Source of the DNA: Alloascoidea hylecoeti
Lineage: Eukaryota
Assembly: GCA_001600815.1 (NCBI GenBank)
Contig: BCKZ01000002.1
Coordinates: forward strand, 620,001 to 684,000
Length of the DNA stretch: 64,000 bases
Direction of reading: 5' to 3'
The translations under genes and the position numbers were made by a program. Below are positions 59,719 to 64,000 of the stretch, piece after piece (the first letter of the stretch is position 1; every line of letters begins with the position of its first letter). The notes under the pieces were generated by a model that worked only from the letters and a program-made list of their open reading frames with translations, had not been told where the DNA came from and searched no databases.

Positions 59719-61266
59719 ATGATTACCTTCTATAATCCATATTTAGTCACCGCCATTTCCTGTATAGGCGGTATGTTATTTGGTTTTGATATTAGTTCAG
59801 TATCAGCATTTGTCAGTGATGATAACTATCTAAGTTATTTCCACAGTCCCGATTCGGTCACTCAGGGTGGTATTACCAGCAGTATGAGTGGTGGTTCATT
59901 TCTTGGTTGTTTTGCTGCTAGTTGGGTTTCTGATAGATATGGTAGAAAATTACCAATTATGATCTCTTCAATTATTTGGTGCATCGGTGCTGCTATTCAA
60001 TCGTCGTCTCAAAATAGGGCCCAACTTATTTGTGGAAGATTGATCTCAGGTATTGGTATAGGGTTTGCTTCCTCACAAGTTCCTGTTTATGTTTCTGAAC
60101 TTGCACCTAAGAGAATTAGAGGTAGACTTGGCTGTAGTTTCCAATGGTCTGTTACAATTGGTATTTTACTTATGTTTTACATTAGTTATGGTTGCTCAAA
60201 AATTAATGGCGTCGGCTCTTTTAGACTTGCTTGGGGTTTACAAATTATTCCTGGTTTATTGTTACTTTTTGGTGTTTTGTTTTTACCAGAATCACCACGT
60301 TGGTTAGCGTATCACGATAGATGGGATGAAACCGTTGAAATAATTTCAAATACACAATCGAATGGGAACACAAATGACCCTGATGTAATAATAGAATTAG
60401 AGGAAATTAAGGAAGCTGTTAGGGTTCAACAGGATGCTGCTAAAATGTCATACTTAGAGCTTTTTGATAAGCATTCGATTAAAAGAACATTTGTTGGTAT
60501 TTTCTGCCAAATTTGGCAGCAATTGACAGGTATGAATGTTATGATGTATTACATTGTTTATATTTTCGAAATGGCTGGTTATTCTGGTGATACAAATCTT
60601 GTTGCATCCTCAATTCAGTATGTTATTAATATGGTGACGACAATTCCGGCTTTAATTTTCTTGGATAAATGGGGTAGAAGACCACTACTGTATTGTGGAT
60701 CATTTATAATGATGATTTGGTTATTTGCAGTTTCGGGGTTATTGGCGGTGTACGGTAATCCTGTTGATTCTGTTGATGGTAATTCAAATGTTAATATAAC
60801 GGTTTCAAATAAGAATGCATCAAGAGCAATTATTGCATGTTGCTATTTATTTGTTGCAACATTTGCTCCAACATGGGGGCCAGGTGCTTGGATTTACTGC
60901 GCTGAGTTGTTTCCAACAAGACAAAGATCTAAAGCAACTGCTTTAACCAGTGCAGCTGATTGGATTTTAAACTTTGCAATTGCAATGTTCACACCACCAG
61001 CGTTTCATAACATAACATGGAAAACATATATTATATTTGCAGTTTTTTGTTTTGTTATGACGATTCATGTATTTTTAATGTTCCCAGAAACAAAAGGTAG
61101 AACGTTAGAAGAAATCGATCTTATGTGGTCGGCAAATATACCAGCTTGGAGAACATCGAGTTGGAAACCAGATATTCCAGAGGCTCTTGATTTGGAAGAA
61201 GTTAAGAAAGCTCCAGAGGCCGAGCATTTGGATCATCAATCAAGTAGTGAAACCGCAGAAGCTTAA
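59719..61266 (+). CDS. HGT1: HGT1-like MFS sugar porter (intronless)
   Basis: GGMLFGFDISS, DRYGRK, VPVYVSELAP, PESPRW, QQLTGMNVMMYY, DKWGRR and PETKG. Confidence 0.9.
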   Translation: MITFYNPYLVTAISCIGGMLFGFDISSVSAFVSDDNYLSYFHSPDSVTQGGITSSMSGGSFLGCFAASWVSDRYGRKLPIMISSIIWCIGAAIQSSSQNRAQLICGRLISGIGIGFASSQVPVYVSELAPKRIRGRLGCSFQWSVTIGILLMFYISYGCSKINGVGSFRLAWGLQIIPGLLLLFGVLFLPESPRWLAYHDRWDETVEIISNTQSNGNTNDPDVIIELEEIKEAVRVQQDAAKMSYLELFDKHSIKRTFVGIFCQIWQQLTGMNVMMYYIVYIFEMAGYSGDTNLVASSIQYVINMVTTIPALIFLDKWGRRPLLYCGSFIMMIWLFAVSGLLAVYGNPVDSVDGNSNVNITVSNKNASRAIIACCYLFVATFAPTWGPGAWIYCAELFPTRQRSKATALTSAADWILNFAIAMFTPPAFHNITWKTYIIFAVFCFVMTIHVFLMFPETKGRTLEEIDLMWSANIPAWRTSSWKPDIPEALDLEEVKKAPEAEHLDHQSSSETAEA

Positions 61267-62184
61267 ATCTTAAATTTTTATTATGATGAGAAATTGTTTT
61301 TGTTAACGTTGGTTGATTGATTATGAGGTTCGATATAAAGTTTTCTGTCGAAACATAAATATGTAATTGATTTATTGATATTGTTTTTATTGACCTCCTT
61401 GAGTCATATGATTTATGATTTTATTAGTATTAATATTTATATAGATAATGAAATTCAATATATATTCGATGTATATAAAATCAAGCTCATTTACCATATA
61501 TATTATATTGGAGTATGATAGTGCAGGCACTTTCAACTTAACTTGGAATTGCATCAGCAATATAATTCTGGATCGTATAGATCGATATAGTCCTGCTGAT
61601 TAGAGATTTGTTACAACAATCTATATGTTTTTTGTATAACGGTTAGGTATATATTTCTTCAGTGGTTATAATGTTTTGTGATTCTATGGTAGTATTTTTT
61701 ATATATTGATACCATATAAGTTATAACTAGAAAAACGGCCATAACTGATCCATAATTATATTGCTCTTATACAATTAAAGAAACTATAATAGTTCCTATA
61801 GATGAATGCACAAACCTACAAATAATACGAAATAATTATTTATGATTAGGCATATATATTATGTAGGCCTATATATAATCATAATGCCAACTAAACTGCA
61901 GCTGTCAAATCAGATAACTTCCGATTTAGGCTCCTGGTTCCATTTTTTATCCAGTAATAGCCCAATTAAAATACCAAGCCTTATTTTCCATTGTGCATAA
62001 TACGCATTACATTTCGGCAAAGCCAAAACTTAAGACAATCTACAGCTGCAGATGACAAAGGTCCTTCTATAACTTTACAAAATTCCCTATGCACTTTAAA
62101 CTCAACCCTGTCACCCAAATATACCGGAGTGTCTGAAATACTTCCGGTCTAGCTGGTCTTGACTTTCATCCTGAGAGTTTTATA

Positions 62185-63792
62185 ATGTATATTATTTATA
62201 ATTCTGCGTGGATTACTGCTATCGCTTGCTTGGGAGGCACCCTATTCGGGTTCGAGGTCAGCAGGTAAGATTCTAATTTCATTATAAACTTTTTTATAAT
62301 ATTCTTTTTAGCATTCGTGAGATTAACCATTGGGGATATTTATAGTACTTCAGTCTTTGTGAACAATTCAACATATAGGCGCTATTTCGATTATCCGAAT
62401 TCAATCACACAGGGAGGTATTACGGCAAGTATGGCCGGTGGATCTATGCTATCTAGTTTATTTGGTGGACCAATTTGTGATAGATATGGAAGGAAAAAAC
62501 TGATACAAGGAGCTGCCGTTATATGGATAATTGCTGCGGCAATTCAATGCTCATCGCAGAATAAAGCACAGTTGATATGTGGAAGAATTATATCTGGTGT
62601 AGCCGTTGGGTTAACCTCATCACAAGTTCCCGTGTATGTATCAGAGTTGGCCCCAAAATCGATCCGTGGACGTCTTGTTGGGGTGTTTCAATGGGCAGTT
62701 ACATGGGGAATAATGGTTTTCTTTTATATTTCTTATGGATGTACTTACATCCCAGGTAATGCTTCATTTCGAACAGCATGGGGCTTACAGATGGTACCAG
62801 GCTTGTTTCTACTAATAGGCACTTTTTTCCTTCCTGAATCTCCAAGATGGTTGGCAACGCATGACCGTTGGGAGGAGGCAATTGATACTTTAGCAAATAT
62901 TCATGCAAAGGGAAATAAATATGATCAAAAAGTGATTACAGAAATCAAAGAAATGAAGGAAATGATATTAATTGAACGAGAAGCAAATAAACTGAAATTT
63001 ATAGATCTATTAGGGAAACAATCCATAAAAAGAACTCTTGTTGGAATATGGTGTCATATATGGCAACAATTATCAGGTATTAATATAATGATGTATTATA
63101 TTATTTATTTATTCAATATGGCTGGCTATACTGGTAATATAAACCTTGTAACATCATCAATAAACTATGTTATAAATGTTATCATGACAATACCCGCATT
63201 ATTATTTATTGATAAAGTTGGCCGAAGGAAGATATTCATGTCAGGATCGTTATTAATGATGGTGTGGCTATTTTCAACAGCTGCGATATTTGCAGTTTTT
63301 GGAGAAGCTGTTGATAACGTCGAGGGAAATCAAGAAATTAGAATGATGATTAACCACAAACAAGCATCAAGAGCAGTTATAGCATGTTCTTATCTCTACA
63401 TTGCTTCATTTGCTCCTACATGGGGTCCAGCAGCTTGGATTTACGTATCAGAAATATTCCCCACCAGACAGAGAGCAAAAGCTACCGGTTTATCTACCTG
63501 CGCTAATTGGGCTTTTAATTTTGCTCTGGCATTATTTGTACCTACATCATTTAAGAATATTACCTGGAAAACATTTATAATATTTGGAGTCTTCTGTTTT
63601 ATTATGACCATCCATGTTTTTCTGCTATTTCCTGAAACAGGAGGTAAAACATTGGAAGAGATTGAACAGATGTGGTTAGATGATCCCCCAGCCTGGAGAA
63701 GTGCCAATTATCTTCAAAATCGTAAAGAACTTTTGGTCCCCAAAGGAAAAGTTAACCACAGTTATGATAATAGCATATCCGATATGTCCTGA
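62185..63792 (+). CDS. Second HGT1-like MFS sugar porter; exons 62185-62264 and 62346-63792
   Basis: Exon 1 MYIIYNSAWITAIACLGGTLFGFEVS; intron GTAAGA...GATTAAC...TAG; same porter motifs as the upstream paralog. Confidence 0.88.
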
Positions 63793-64000
63793 TTTAAATA
63801 TAGTTTACATTAAGAATACAACAAATACCCTTCATTCTCTACCTTTTTCTTTATGTAGATTTTATCTTTTTACCTTTTACAGTGAAATCTTTAGAGGTTG
63901 TACCGCTATGCCATGCTGATGCATAAAAACGTGCAAAAAGCATTCATTTGCAAACATAATGTTGCTGTTTTAGCGCTGTCATATAGGTTAAGAAGTATAT

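Noticed and set aside
6348..63919. Many 60-140 aa antisense or alternative-frame ORFs inside real genes, and TTG/GTG upstream extensions in the track
   Set aside because: Shadow frames of AT-rich coding DNA; first ATGs or spliced exons give the conserved N-termini.

Overview
AT-rich, intron-containing nuclear DNA from an early-diverging budding yeast (Saccharomycotina). CTG reads as Leu at conserved hexokinase positions, so it is not a CUG-Ser clade species. It retains eIF3d and SF3B6/p14, both lost in S. cerevisiae; the exact taxon cannot be fixed from sequence alone. The window holds about 22 recognisable protein genes: PRE3, eIF3d, SFI1, OST1, PRP31, VAS1, RRP46, NOC4, DBF2, DRN1, hexokinase, SF3B6, ORC3, PDC, HSP60, PUB1, a Crz1-like zinc-finger factor, TRM12, a small SET protein, XYL2/SOR and two HGT1-like transporters. 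I reconstructed 13 short spliceosomal introns by hand, including a 7-exon PRE3 and an SF3B6 gene absent from the ORF track. Intergenic DNA carries decayed Ty1/copia, Tc1/mariner and pogo/Fot1-type relics and MITEs. Most interesting: (1) a hidden upstream mitochondrial-presequence exon of valyl-tRNA synthetase whose intron carries Gcn4/Cbf1 sites and may double as the cytosolic-isoform promoter; (2) an orphan 14-aa-repeat gene split by one in-frame TAG; (3) a candidate structured H/ACA-like ncRNA upstream of NOC4; (4) a xylitol dehydrogenase with a mitochondrial presequence next to a tandem transporter pair; (5) GC-rich islands centred on promoters. All homology calls are from motif recognition by eye, not database searches.
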